Origin: Candidatus Chisholmbacteria bacterium RIFCSPHIGHO2_01_FULL_52_32
GTDB lineage: Bacteria > Patescibacteriota > Microgenomatia > UBA1400 > Chisholmbacteraceae
NCBI GenBank assembly: GCA_001816585.1
Contig: MHCJ01000006.1
Location: 64,040-128,039, forward strand
Direction: 5' to 3'
DNA length: 64,000 nt
Shown here: in pieces, positions 10,461-19,507 of the stretch
How positions within the stretch are numbered: position 1 is the first letter of the stretch
Layout of the letters: each line of letters opens with the position of its first letter
Notes under the pieces: model-generated
The model's database searches: none
What the model saw: only the letters and a program-made list of their open reading frames with translations
Told to the model about the DNA's origin: nothing
Program-made: the position numbers and the translations under genes

Positions 10461-10760
10461 CTAGTCAAACCCAAGTTGGGCCTTTGCCGCTTCGCTCATC
10501 AGCTCCTGCGTCCATGGAGGATCAAAAGTAAGCTCAATCGCAACCTCGTTAACGCCGGGGATTTTCCGAATTGCCCCAGAAACGAGCTCTTCAAACACGC
10601 CCCCCAGAGGGCATCCGGGGGTCGTCAGCGTCATCAGCACCGACACCTTCCCTCCATGAATGACAATCTTGTAGACCAACCCTAAATCGACGATGTTCAC
10701 CCCAAGCTCAGGGTCAATCACCTTTCTAAGCTTGGCTGTCACGCGTTTCCTGGTAACCAT
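10461..10760 (-). CDS. MIP18/DUF59 family Fe-S cluster assembly protein (SufT-like)
   Basis: DPELGVNIVDLGLVY ... TTPGCPL motif characteristic of DUF59. Confidence 0.75.
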   Translation of the reverse strand: MVTRKRVTAKLRKVIDPELGVNIVDLGLVYKIVIHGGKVSVLMTLTTPGCPLGGVFEELVSGAIRKIPGVNEVAIELTFDPPWTQELMSEAAKAQLGFD

Positions 10761-10821
10761 ACTTCAAGTATTATACAAAACTTAAGGCCAAAGAACCCAT
10801 CCGAACAAAGAAAAGCCCCGC

Positions 10822-10846
10822 GCTAAACGGGGCTTTAACACAAACG
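10822..10846 (-). terminator. rho-independent terminator downstream of 10874..11071 gene
   Basis: GCCCCG-cgctaaa-CGGGGC stem-loop followed by T-run on minus strand. Confidence 0.55.
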
Positions 10847-10873
10847 TACAGTAAGAAAAAAAGAAGAAGTCGT

Positions 10874-11071
10874 TTAGGACTTCTTCAAAACCGGCATACC
10901 TGTCCGCTGGGTTTCAATAACCTTATACCCACCCGGAACGCTGTCAAGCGAACCGCTGCGGATATCGCGGGCGAAGAAATAAATGGTCTGCCGACGACCA
11001 TTCTTCAGAGTCACATCCTTGTTATGAAGGTAGTACGTCTGACCTTTCGAATTTTTGTAAGAATACGCCAC
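10874..11071 (-). CDS. hypothetical small protein (65 aa)
   Basis: GTG start preceded by GGAGGGAGG Shine-Dalgarno 8 nt upstream; followed by terminator. Confidence 0.45.
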   Translation of the reverse strand: MAYSYKNSKGQTYYLHNKDVTLKNGRRQTIYFFARDIRSGSLDSVPGGYKVIETQRTGMPVLKKS

Positions 11072-11392
11072 GTCTTCTCACCTCCCTCCGTGAGCAGGAG
11101 ACAAGAAGTAATCTCCTAAAGTCACCAGAGCAGTATACCAAGACTCCAGAGGAAAATGCAAGAGGCAAATCTGGCAGGAAAAAACCGGCATGAAAAAACT
11201 CGAGACAACTGGGGAAGGAGAGTCGGAAAAGAGAAAAAGGCTATTCTGTCGGGAATAAGGGCATACACAAAGCACAAAGCCCTCAGGATCAGAAGAGATG
11301 GGTTCCTGAAAAAACTTAAAAAAACATTGACGGGAATGAGCCCATACGTCACGAGGGAAAACGATGGGACGGCGCGCTATCCGAAACAGGAA

Positions 11393-11587
11393 TCACGACC
11401 GAAACTCCGCTTCGAGGAGGAGGTAAATTCCCCATGCAGCCAAGGTGATGGACACCAAAAGCCACTGGGTACTCGCAAGAAAGATATCGCTACCCGTTGA
11501 TCCCAAAGCGGCAAGCCCGACCCCGACAACAGAACCAATCATGAGGGTCTTCGCGGCCATCGGCTTATCCTTGTCTCGAAGAAACAT
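11393..11587 (-). CDS. hypothetical small membrane protein
   Basis: 64-aa ORF with two hydrophobic helices; weak. Confidence 0.25.
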   Translation of the reverse strand: MFLRDKDKPMAAKTLMIGSVVGVGLAALGSTGSDIFLASTQWLLVSITLAAWGIYLLLEAEFRS

Positions 11588-11663
11588 AGATCTTTCTCAC
11601 CACCCTTCTTTCAAGCTCAATCTATCTCTCAACTCCCCATTCAACCACCCCCAAAACCCGGTG

Positions 11664-12287
11664 TCAATGAAGTTCCGCAGTAACGGCTTGAGAAAGTTGG
11701 TCCGCAGAAACTTTCCTCCCATTCATAAAGATGGTCGGTGTGGACGAAATTCCTAAAGTCCGCCCGTCCCTGATATCATCTCGGATCTGCTGCTCATACT
11801 CCGAAGCGTCCCACAGGTTTAGGAAAGCGCCGGGGTCCATTCCCAACCGATCCGCATATGAAGCAAAAAGAGCTTTGATATCGTTCGAGGTTGCCCATTC
11901 GTCCTGCAGCTCAAACAACAGGTCATGCATTTCCCAAAACTTCCCTATCGAGAAAGCGATCTCACTCGCCTTTGCAGCATCGAGCGCATGATCATGAATC
12001 GACGTCAGCGGAAAATGTCGGTAGACGAAACGTACATCGTTCGAGTTTTCCCGAAGAACTTCCTGGATAACGGATTCGCTCGCCCGACAAGCCGGACATT
12101 GGAAATCGGAGAATTCAACAATGGTCACCCGAGGTTCCGCACTCCCGGTAGACAGGCGTGCATCACCGACAATGAGGGAAGGATCAACGGCTCGCTGTTC
12201 CATTTTAGACAGAAGGGAAGCAGCGCCAAACACAATCGCAACGGACAGAAATAAGCCCAATCCGATGATCTTAAGCTGCGAATTCAT
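11664..12287 (-). CDS. DsbA-family thiol:disulfide oxidoreductase (thioredoxin fold), membrane anchored
   Basis: FSDFQCPACRA CxxC motif in thioredoxin-like context; N-terminal TM/signal. Confidence 0.75.
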   Translation of the reverse strand: MNSQLKIIGLGLFLSVAIVFGAASLLSKMEQRAVDPSLIVGDARLSTGSAEPRVTIVEFSDFQCPACRASESVIQEVLRENSNDVRFVYRHFPLTSIHDHALDAAKASEIAFSIGKFWEMHDLLFELQDEWATSNDIKALFASYADRLGMDPGAFLNLWDASEYEQQIRDDIRDGRTLGISSTPTIFMNGRKVSADQLSQAVTAELH

Positions 12288-12637
12288 GGGGAAAGCCTAC
12301 CAGCCACCGAGGCCGATGTCAACCAGGCTAAAGGGTATTGACAAGCAGTGGAGGGATTGTTACGGTAGAAAGGAATGAACCGCCCTGCCAAGCCAAAAAT
12401 CTCCAATCCACATCAATTCAATTGGTTAAAGTTCTCTTCATACAACAATCGTTTTTACTCATTCTCTTGCCGATGAGATCCTATCTAAAAAAGCTCCTCA
12501 TCTCGGTCGGCGTCATCGCCGCCCTCATGCTTGCCAAAAAAGCCGGCGCCTGACCTTCTCAGTGATAACAAACTCCGGTTGTCCGGAGTCTTACTCTTTA
12601 TCTCTAGATGTATCATTAGTCGCTATTCACTACTCCG

Positions 12638-12895
12638 TCACTTCGGCCAAATCTGCTCTCCGGTTTCATCATCGGTCACAACAATCGCTGCCGTCGGACA
12701 GCTTTGCGCCGCCAAAAGCATATTATCGTCGCTATCCAGCTTCTGTGCCAACACAATCGCCTTAGTCTCGCTATCGAGCTTAAACGTCATGGGTGATATC
12801 GCCACGCAGCTCGCCGCACCGATGCATTTATCTCGAATGACGGTAACGGTGTATCGCCCTTTTTTTTGGATTTGCTTATCTGCCATAGGTGACAA
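12638..12895 (-). CDS. small single-cluster ferredoxin
   Basis: CIGAASCVAISP ... SCPTAAI cysteine ligand pattern of Fer4_13-type ferredoxins. Confidence 0.7.
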   Translation of the reverse strand: MSPMADKQIQKKGRYTVTVIRDKCIGAASCVAISPMTFKLDSETKAIVLAQKLDSDDNMLLAAQSCPTAAIVVTDDETGEQIWPK

Positions 12896-12934
12896 TAATA
12901 ATAAACAATTCCTTCAGTTCCCGTACAGGGGTGT

Positions 12935-13660
12935 TCAATAATACTGCTCCGTATGAATTCGTTGTCTCGGAACGCCCTTCTCTTCAAGAATCTTCTTCAT
13001 ATCGAGAATCATCTGGGCGTTCCCGCAAAGATACGCCCCGACCTGAGAAAAATCACTGTGATGAGTAACGACACAATCCGTAACGTAACCGGAACAGAGT
13101 GGCCAGTCCTTCGGCGGACGCGACAGCACCAGGTCGAAATGGAAGTTCGGAAAATACTCTGCTAGCTGCCGGAAATCCTCTTCCCAAAAAAGTTCTTCGG
13201 CATACCGAAAGCCCCAGTGCAAATAGATCTCTCGCTTGTCCTTTTTGGTTTGCAAAAGATCCAAGACATGACTTCGAATTGAGGAAATCCCGCTTCCGGT
13301 CGCAATAAACAGAAGCTTCTTTTCCTCCCTACCGATATCGCCTGCCGGATCGGCTACCGTAAACACACCCACAGGAGCTTTAAAACTCACCTCATCCCCG
13401 GGAGCAAGAGAAGCCAAATAGAGTGATCCTTCCCCGCCAGGGGAAATATCAACCAGTACCTCAACCGAGTGATCCTGATCCGGAGACGAGGCGATGGAAT
13501 ACGACTTTAACTGGTCAAGGCCAGGAATCCTCATCAACAGATACTGACCGGCCGTGAATTGGATCCTGGGCGGGGAAACCAGTTCAAAATCGATGTATTG
13601 GAACTTCCCGCCCAACAGCTCATGCTCGCGAACCTTCGCATGAAAGTCGGTTATCGCCAT
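12935..13660 (-). CDS. ferredoxin-NADP+ reductase-like FAD/NAD(P)-binding oxidoreductase
   Basis: RSYSIASSP FAD-binding motif (RxYS), GSGISSIRS NAD-binding glycine motif; adjacent to ferredoxin. Confidence 0.7.
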   Translation of the reverse strand: MAITDFHAKVREHELLGGKFQYIDFELVSPPRIQFTAGQYLLMRIPGLDQLKSYSIASSPDQDHSVEVLVDISPGGEGSLYLASLAPGDEVSFKAPVGVFTVADPAGDIGREEKKLLFIATGSGISSIRSHVLDLLQTKKDKREIYLHWGFRYAEELFWEEDFRQLAEYFPNFHFDLVLSRPPKDWPLCSGYVTDCVVTHHSDFSQVGAYLCGNAQMILDMKKILEEKGVPRQRIHTEQYY

Positions 13661-13706
13661 AGGTCCATTCTAAAGGAAACTGGAATAAGAATTCAAAACA
13701 ACACGG

Positions 13707-14078
13707 TTATCGCTTCTCAAATGTTTTCAGCGCATTCCCAAGAGCACGGAAAGGTAAAAGGATGCACTTCGTCCGCATAGAAGAAACCTCAACCCCAACC
13801 AGATCAAGAACAAACCGCTCGCTCATCCGTGCAACGTCCGAGATAAGCTTCCCTTTCAATTGCTCGGTCAGCAGGCTTGCCGAGGCTATGGACAAAGCAC
13901 ACCCGACACCCTTAAACCGTACGCCGACAATTTTGGCATCAACAACCTTTAAGGAAAGCTCAATCAGGTCCCCACAACTTGCATTCGCTTCCCGTACGGT
14001 AACAGTGGCATCGGGGAGATCTCCATAATTCGACGGATGCTTATAGTGGGTTAAAATTTCCTCTCTATAGGGATCCAT
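13707..14078 (-). CDS. sufU: SUF system NifU-family Fe-S scaffold SufU
   Basis: HYKHPSNYGDL ... ANASCGDLIE ... GVGCALSIASAS conserved Cys triad. Confidence 0.85.
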   Translation of the reverse strand: MDPYREEILTHYKHPSNYGDLPDATVTVREANASCGDLIELSLKVVDAKIVGVRFKGVGCALSIASASLLTEQLKGKLISDVARMSERFVLDLVGVEVSSMRTKCILLPFRALGNALKTFEKR

Positions 14079-14081
14079 AGA

Positions 14082-15368
14082 TTACACTTTGAATACCCGA
14101 CGAACCTTCAAAAGCCCGTCCGCGAGCCGATCGATCTCTTCTTGTAGCGTATAAATGTAAAAACTTGCCCGAACGGTTGCGACAACCCCAAGCCTCCGCG
14201 CAAGTGGCATTGCGCAGTGATGACCGCTGCGGACAGCAATACCCTCACTATCAAGAACCTGCGCGGTGTCATGAGCATGAACGCCGGCGACATTGAACGT
14301 CACCACTCCGCCCCGCACACTCGCATCACGAACACCATAAAGAGTTAAAAAACCTTCTTTCTCAAAAACCTGCAGTTTTGTCAGAGCATAGGAAACCAGC
14401 TCTTGCTCATGCTGCCGAATAAGCTGCATACCAACCGAGCGAAGGTATTGGCAACACGCTTCCATGCCGACCATTCCGGCCATGTTTGGTGTTCCCGCCT
14501 CAAACTTCCAAGGCAAACGGTTCCAGACGGTATCCGAAAGTCCTACTTCTGAAATCATGTCACCGCCAAAAAGGAAAGGCGGCATCGCATCCAAAAGCTC
14601 CCGACGGCCCCAGAGCACCCCTATCCCCGTCGGTCCCAACATCTTATGGCCGGAAAACACAAGAAAGTCAGCGCCTATTCGTTTGATATCAACCGGCATG
14701 TGGGGAACGGATTGTGCCGCATCAACCACGACCAAGGCCTGCGGGGCTTTCTTCCGAACGAGGGGAATGATATCCGAAAGAGGATTGATCGTCCCCAAAA
14801 CGTTTGACACATGCGTAATACCGACAACCTTCACCCGCTCATCCAACAAGTCCTCAAGCGTTCCCACAACCGCACCATCCACCTGCTGCATGCTGCCTGA
14901 CTCGTCAAAGATCTTGAGCCGCCCATCGTCGGTAACATCCGCAATCTTAAAGGCAGCTCCTTTCTGTTTTGCCAATTGTTGCCAGGGGACAAAATTGGAG
15001 TGATGCTCCATCATCGTAACCACAACGCTATCTCCCGATCCGATATTCTGCTCTCCCCATGCGTAGCGAATGAGATTCACTCCCTCCGTTGCGTTGCGGA
15101 CAAAAATCACTTCGTCGCTGCTTGAGGCTCCGATGAAACGGGCAACACTGGCTCGCGCCCGCTCGACCATCTCCGTTGCCTCACCGGAGAGGGTATGCAC
15201 TCCACGGTGAACATTGGCATTATGACGCCGGTAGTATCGATCCATCGCTGAAATGACCTGCCGGGGTTTCTGGGTCGTCGCTGAGCTATCAAGATAAACC
15301 AAAGGTTTCCCATGGATCTTTCGTGAAAGAATTGGGAAATCCTTACGTATTTTTTTGACGTCGAGCAT
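14082..15368 (-). CDS. sufS: cysteine desulfurase SufS (class V aminotransferase)
   Basis: PLP lysine region SGHKMLGPTGIGVLWG, catalytic Cys loop SGHHCAMPL; 428 aa. Confidence 0.9.
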   Translation of the reverse strand: MLDVKKIRKDFPILSRKIHGKPLVYLDSSATTQKPRQVISAMDRYYRRHNANVHRGVHTLSGEATEMVERARASVARFIGASSSDEVIFVRNATEGVNLIRYAWGEQNIGSGDSVVVTMMEHHSNFVPWQQLAKQKGAAFKIADVTDDGRLKIFDESGSMQQVDGAVVGTLEDLLDERVKVVGITHVSNVLGTINPLSDIIPLVRKKAPQALVVVDAAQSVPHMPVDIKRIGADFLVFSGHKMLGPTGIGVLWGRRELLDAMPPFLFGGDMISEVGLSDTVWNRLPWKFEAGTPNMAGMVGMEACCQYLRSVGMQLIRQHEQELVSYALTKLQVFEKEGFLTLYGVRDASVRGGVVTFNVAGVHAHDTAQVLDSEGIAVRSGHHCAMPLARRLGVVATVRASFYIYTLQEEIDRLADGLLKVRRVFKV

Positions 15369-15404
15369 TTACCTCCGTGGTTCACGCTTCATCATTGTTA
15401 ATTC

Positions 15405-15911
15405 TTAATGCTTAATTCTCTCCCGAACCGCGTTCAAAAAGCCATCAACGATCATCTTCGAGGCTACAGTGCGCGAGAAGCCTCGGCTCCGAAGATAAAA
15501 TATCTGCTCCTCATCAATCTTCCCAACCGTTGCGGCGTGAGAAGCATGGACATCATCTGCCTCAATTTCTAACCTCGGTAAAGCCTCTGCTCTGGCCCAC
15601 GGAGAAACAAGGAGAACATTCTCCCGCAGAAAGGCATTCGTCTGCTGCGCTCCTCGTCCTATCTTTATCATACCAGAGAGGAAAACCTGCGAACGATCAG
15701 TTGCCACGGCGCGGATGAAAATATCGCAAGATGTATGTGGTACGCGGTGGAGTGAGGTAATATCAACCACAAGACGCTCCGAGCCCGTAGCCACGAGCGC
15801 CCCCAAAATCTCAACCCTCGCCCCTTCCCCAACCAGCTCGATCGCATACTCCCCCGGCCGGTTAATCACAATCTGTCGCTCTTCGTCCTTCCGAATGGTA
15901 TATTTTGTCAT
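15405..15911 (-). CDS. sufD: Fe-S cluster assembly protein SufD (short form)
   Basis: SufBD-family beta-helix C-terminal motifs (ATVGKIDEEQIFYLRSRG); position between sufB and sufS. Confidence 0.7.
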   Translation of the reverse strand: MTKYTIRKDEERQIVINRPGEYAIELVGEGARVEILGALVATGSERLVVDITSLHRVPHTSCDIFIRAVATDRSQVFLSGMIKIGRGAQQTNAFLRENVLLVSPWARAEALPRLEIEADDVHASHAATVGKIDEEQIFYLRSRGFSRTVASKMIVDGFLNAVRERIKH

Positions 15912-15936
15912 GAAAATTGTTTAGAAATTGTTGACC

Positions 15937-17324
15937 TTATCCAACCGATCCTTCCATCTCGAGATCTATCAGCCGATTCATTTCGATCGCATATTCAAGC
16001 GGTAACTTTTTGATCAATGGTTCTACAAACCCGGAAACAATCATCTTGCTCGCCGCCTCTTCATTCAGGCCCCGGCTCATAAGGTAAAAAAGCTGCTCCT
16101 CACCAATCTTTGACACCGTCGCCTCATGGGCAAGCGAAACATCGCTGCAGAGAATACGGTTGGTCGGATACGTATCGCTTCTGCTCTCGGGGTCCAAAAG
16201 CAACGCATCGCAAACCACTTTACTCTTACTGCCCCGCGCTTGCGGACTGATGGACACCAAACCGCGATAACTGGTCCGTCCTCCGCCACGGCTTACGGAC
16301 TTACTGACAATGGTGCTTGTTGTATGGGGAGCAAGATGAATCGCTTTGCTTCCCGTATCCTGATGCTGACCTGCACCCGCCATTGCCATAGACAGCGTCT
16401 CGCCCCGCGCCCCCTTCCCTGCCAGAAAAAATGAAGGGTACTTCATGGTGAGCTTCGAACCCATGTTGAAGTCCGTCCATACCATCTCCCCTTCCTCCTC
16501 GACCCATGCCCGCTTCGTCACGAGATTATACACGGTCTTATACCAATTCTGGACGGTCGTATACTGAACGCGGGCACCCTTCTTCACAAAAATCTCAACC
16601 ACCCTTCAATATAGTGAACTGATGACCCCTCATCAGCAATGATCAGGGTTCGCTCAAACTGGCCGGCATTCGGCGCGTTAATCCGAAAATATGCTTGAAG
16701 GGGTAATTGAACCGTCACGCCCTTTGGTACATAGACGAAACTTCCGCCGCTCCACACTGCGCTGTTTAATGCGGAAAACTTATTGTCAGCGGGAGGTATC
16801 AATTTTCCGAAGTGTTGACGGACAAGATCGGGGTGCTCGCGCAATCCCTCATCCATCGAGAGAAAAACGATACCCTGTTTCTGCAAAAGCTTCCGCAGCG
16901 AACCATAGACGACCTCCGAATCGTACTGCGCCTTCACTCCGGAAAGTGCTTTCCGTTCCGCTTCCGGAATCCCCAGCCTGTCAAACGTTCTTTTGATCTC
17001 GACAGGCACATCTTCCCATCGCCGCTTGAGCCCTGTAGTTGGCCGCAAATAATAATGAATGGCATCATAATTAATGGTCCCCAGGTTCCCGCCCCATATT
17101 GGCGTTGGCTTGGCTTGGAAGATTCCCAAGGCAGACAGACGGAATTCTCGCATCCACATCGGTTCATGTTTATAAAAGGAGATTTCTTCAACCACCCGTT
17201 TCGAAAGCCCTGGCCGGCTCATAAACTCATAGCGATCCGTCGGCATGGAAAACCCATACCGATAACCATCCCGAATCGAAGGACTTTTTATTTTGGGTAT
17301 CTGAATCGGTGCAAATCTCGACAT
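15937..17324 (-). CDS. sufB: Fe-S cluster assembly protein SufB, interrupted by an apparent -1 frameshift near 16590-16605 (two ORFs 16584..17324 and 15937..16602)
   Basis: N-part aligns to SufB through ...[16 protein letters not shown]-part resumes at [20 protein letters not shown]...; the two ORFs overlap by 19 nt in different frames. Confidence 0.75.
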
Positions 17325-17340
17325 CTTTTTAGAAATTAGG

Positions 17341-18129
17341 TTAATGAGAAATTAGAAATTTCCGGTAACCCTCTCTCTCCAATTCCCTCGCCAACTCTCT
17401 TCCGCCGCTTTTCACTATTCTCCCATCAATCATGACATGCACAACATCCGGTTTAATAAATCGGAGCAGGCGTTGATAATGAGTAATAAGAATAATGCCC
17501 AGGGTTTTATTCTTTGCCATCATTCGATTAACCCCATCTGCCACCACCTTCAAAGCATCGACATCCAGTCCGCTGTCCGTCTCATCGAGTACTGCATATT
17601 TCGGGCGAAGCACTGCCATCTGCAATATTTCCAACCGCTTTTTCTCTCCCCCGCTAAACCCCTCATTGAGTGAACGGCGTAAAAGTTCTTCCGGGATGCC
17701 CAATCGCTTTACTTCGTGAAGTAGCTTCTGACGAAATTTCAAAACGCCATTCTTCGGCTGAAGGCCAAGGGTCTGCGTCGCTTGACGGAGAAAATTCTGG
17801 ACGGAAATCCCCTCTATGCTCACGGGATACTGAAATGCCAAAAACAACCCCGCCCTCGCCCGCTCATCAGGAGTCTTATGAAGTAAATCCTTCCCGTCCA
17901 ACATTATCTTACATTGGTATTTATTGGTATTTATTGGTTTATTGGTAGTTATTATTTTTTTCTCTACATCATAGGCTGGATGCCCCATCAGCGTATAGGC
18001 AAGAGTTGATTTTCCGCTCCCGTTCGGGCCCATGATCGCATGGATCTCTCCCGGACGCACCACAAGATCCACTCCTTTCAATATAGGTTTCCCTTCAACC
18101 GACACGTGGAGATTCTTCACAACCAGCAT
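17341..18129 (-). CDS. sufC: Fe-S cluster assembly ATPase SufC
   Basis: Walker A GPNGSGKST, ABC signature LSGGEKKR, Walker B AVLDETDSGLD; GGAGG RBS before ATG. Confidence 0.9.
   Translation of the reverse strand: MLVVKNLHVSVEGKPILKGVDLVVRPGEIHAIMGPNGSGKSTLAYTLMGHPAYDVEKKIITTNKPINTNKYQCKIMLDGKDLLHKTPDERARAGLFLAFQYPVSIEGISVQNFLRQATQTLGLQPKNGVLKFRQKLLHEVKRLGIPEELLRRSLNEGFSGGEKKRLEILQMAVLRPKYAVLDETDSGLDVDALKVVADGVNRMMAKNKTLGIILITHYQRLLRFIKPDVVHVMIDGRIVKSGGRELARELEREGYRKFLISH
17905..17948. repeat. AT-rich tandem repeat (TTATTGGTA-like units x4) inside sufC coding an in-frame ~14-aa insertion
   Basis: tattggtatttattggtatttattggtttattggtag directly visible; encodes TTNKPINTNKYQ absent from canonical SufC. 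Confidence 0.6.
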
Positions 18130-18429
18130 CTCTCCTCCTCATCACTCCTGTCTTATTCTTGTCTCTTGTCTCTTGTTTCTTGTTTCTCTCTACTCACAGC
18201 ACGGATCCTTCCATCCGCAGTTCGTGCAAATCGCTTTCTTCGTCCCCGCAATCGCGCCCATGAGATTCCCACACTGCAGACACTCCTGGGTTGGCTCCCC
18301 TCTTCTGCGAATCTCCCTTGACTGTTGTTTCCAAGTAGATTGTGTTGTTATCCGAAAGGCACCCACATCTCTCCCTACTTGCTATTTGCCATTTGCTAAT
18401 TACCATTTGCTATTTGCTTTTCCCTACTA
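18130..18429 (-). promoter_or_regulatory. 300-nt repeat-rich upstream leader/promoter region of sufCBDSU
   Basis: Tandem TCTTGT(C/T) heptamers and repeated GCAAAT(A/G)GCAAATGG motifs; contains candidate zinc-ribbon sORF. Confidence 0.4.
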
Positions 18430-19017
18430 CTATAACAACGACATCTGAACCTTTGCCTCACCCGTAAACGAAAAGTCGACCGGAACCGTCATCAGCCGAT
18501 TCCACTTATTCTTAAACTTCAGCTGTCCATGGGTACGGCCAAAATCATAGAGATCGCGCGTAATACGGACATCCGAAAGGCAGTACGAGGCAAGCTCTTC
18601 AAAACGACCCTGTTCATAGTAAAGAAGCGCATCAAGCCCAGTTCCGCTCTTCTCAGTGCCCAACGTCTCCTTTGCAAGAGCATCCAAACTCACCCGATGT
18701 CCGACAGTCTTTTTGACCTCCGCTAAAATATCAAGCGTCGGAAACGAGGAAATGTCACCGTGGTAGTGCGCGGACAGAACCGGGTAATCAAAATCGATGA
18801 TGTTAAACCCGATGATCCGATCTGCCTGTTCTAAGATCGGCCAAAGTGCATCCAATTGGTCCTCAAAAAAACCCGACAGCTCGCCGGACCCGCGATCTTC
18901 TGTATCCATTGCCCTGCGACAGATCCCGACAAAACTCACGCCCAACTGCTTAGGATCATACTTCCCGGACTCAACAAACGCCTTTTTTGTCTCAAGATCC
19001 AAAATGACCTCATTCAT
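18430..19017 (-). CDS. DEDD-type 3'-5' exonuclease (RNase H-like fold)
   Basis: Exo I-like ILDLETK, Exo II-like GFNIIDFDYPVL, Exo III-like YCLSDVRITRDLY motifs. Confidence 0.5.
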   Translation of the reverse strand: MNEVILDLETKKAFVESGKYDPKQLGVSFVGICRRAMDTEDRGSGELSGFFEDQLDALWPILEQADRIIGFNIIDFDYPVLSAHYHGDISSFPTLDILAEVKKTVGHRVSLDALAKETLGTEKSGTGLDALLYYEQGRFEELASYCLSDVRITRDLYDFGRTHGQLKFKNKWNRLMTVPVDFSFTGEAKVQMSLL

Positions 19018-19042
19018 ATCATTGCTGCAAAATCGCGCTCAA

Positions 19043-19444
19043 TCAGGCTTTTCCGATGAGATCCGCAACCGTATACCCCCTCATCGACCGCTGAAATGAA
19101 GACGCCATCCGCTCCATAACGCTTTTTTGCACACAGGCAGGCTCGCAAACGCAGCCTTCCCGCATGCAGGCAACAGGAGCAACCGGCCCTTCCAAAAGCT
19201 CCAAAACCTCACCAATCCCAATCGATCGGGGGTCTCGCGCCAGAAAATACCCTCCGCCCACTCCTTCTTTGCTCCCCAATATCTCAGCCTCAACTAAAAG
19301 AGGAGCAATCTGCGAAACGAACTTGAATGGCATGCGTAATGTGTGCGCCAACTTCCGTAAGGGAACGACATTCCCAACACCTATCTTGGCAAGGGAAGTC
19401 AGAAGCAAGAGTCCGTAGTCACCTTTTCTCGAAATCCGAAACAC
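19043..19444 (-). CDS. Rrf2-family (IscR-like) transcriptional regulator with Fe-S-binding cysteines
   Basis: MFRISRKGDYGLLLL wHTH start typical of Rrf2; CMREGCVCEPAC cysteine cluster. Confidence 0.8.
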   Translation of the reverse strand: MFRISRKGDYGLLLLTSLAKIGVGNVVPLRKLAHTLRMPFKFVSQIAPLLVEAEILGSKEGVGGGYFLARDPRSIGIGEVLELLEGPVAPVACMREGCVCEPACVQKSVMERMASSFQRSMRGYTVADLIGKA

Positions 19445-19507
19445 CGGGAATCCTTAAACTCCAACTTAAACAGTAGGAGTTTAACACGAAGCAAACCAAG
19501 GATCAAA

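Noticed and set aside
14464-15003. 179-aa plus-strand ORF
   Set aside because: Antisense within sufS.
18141-18420. Tandem short repeats (TCTTGTC heptamers, TTTGC(C/T)A motifs) considered as a possible CRISPR array
   Set aside because: Units are 7-15 nt with no regularly spaced unique spacers and no cas genes; they lie in the sufC upstream leader.
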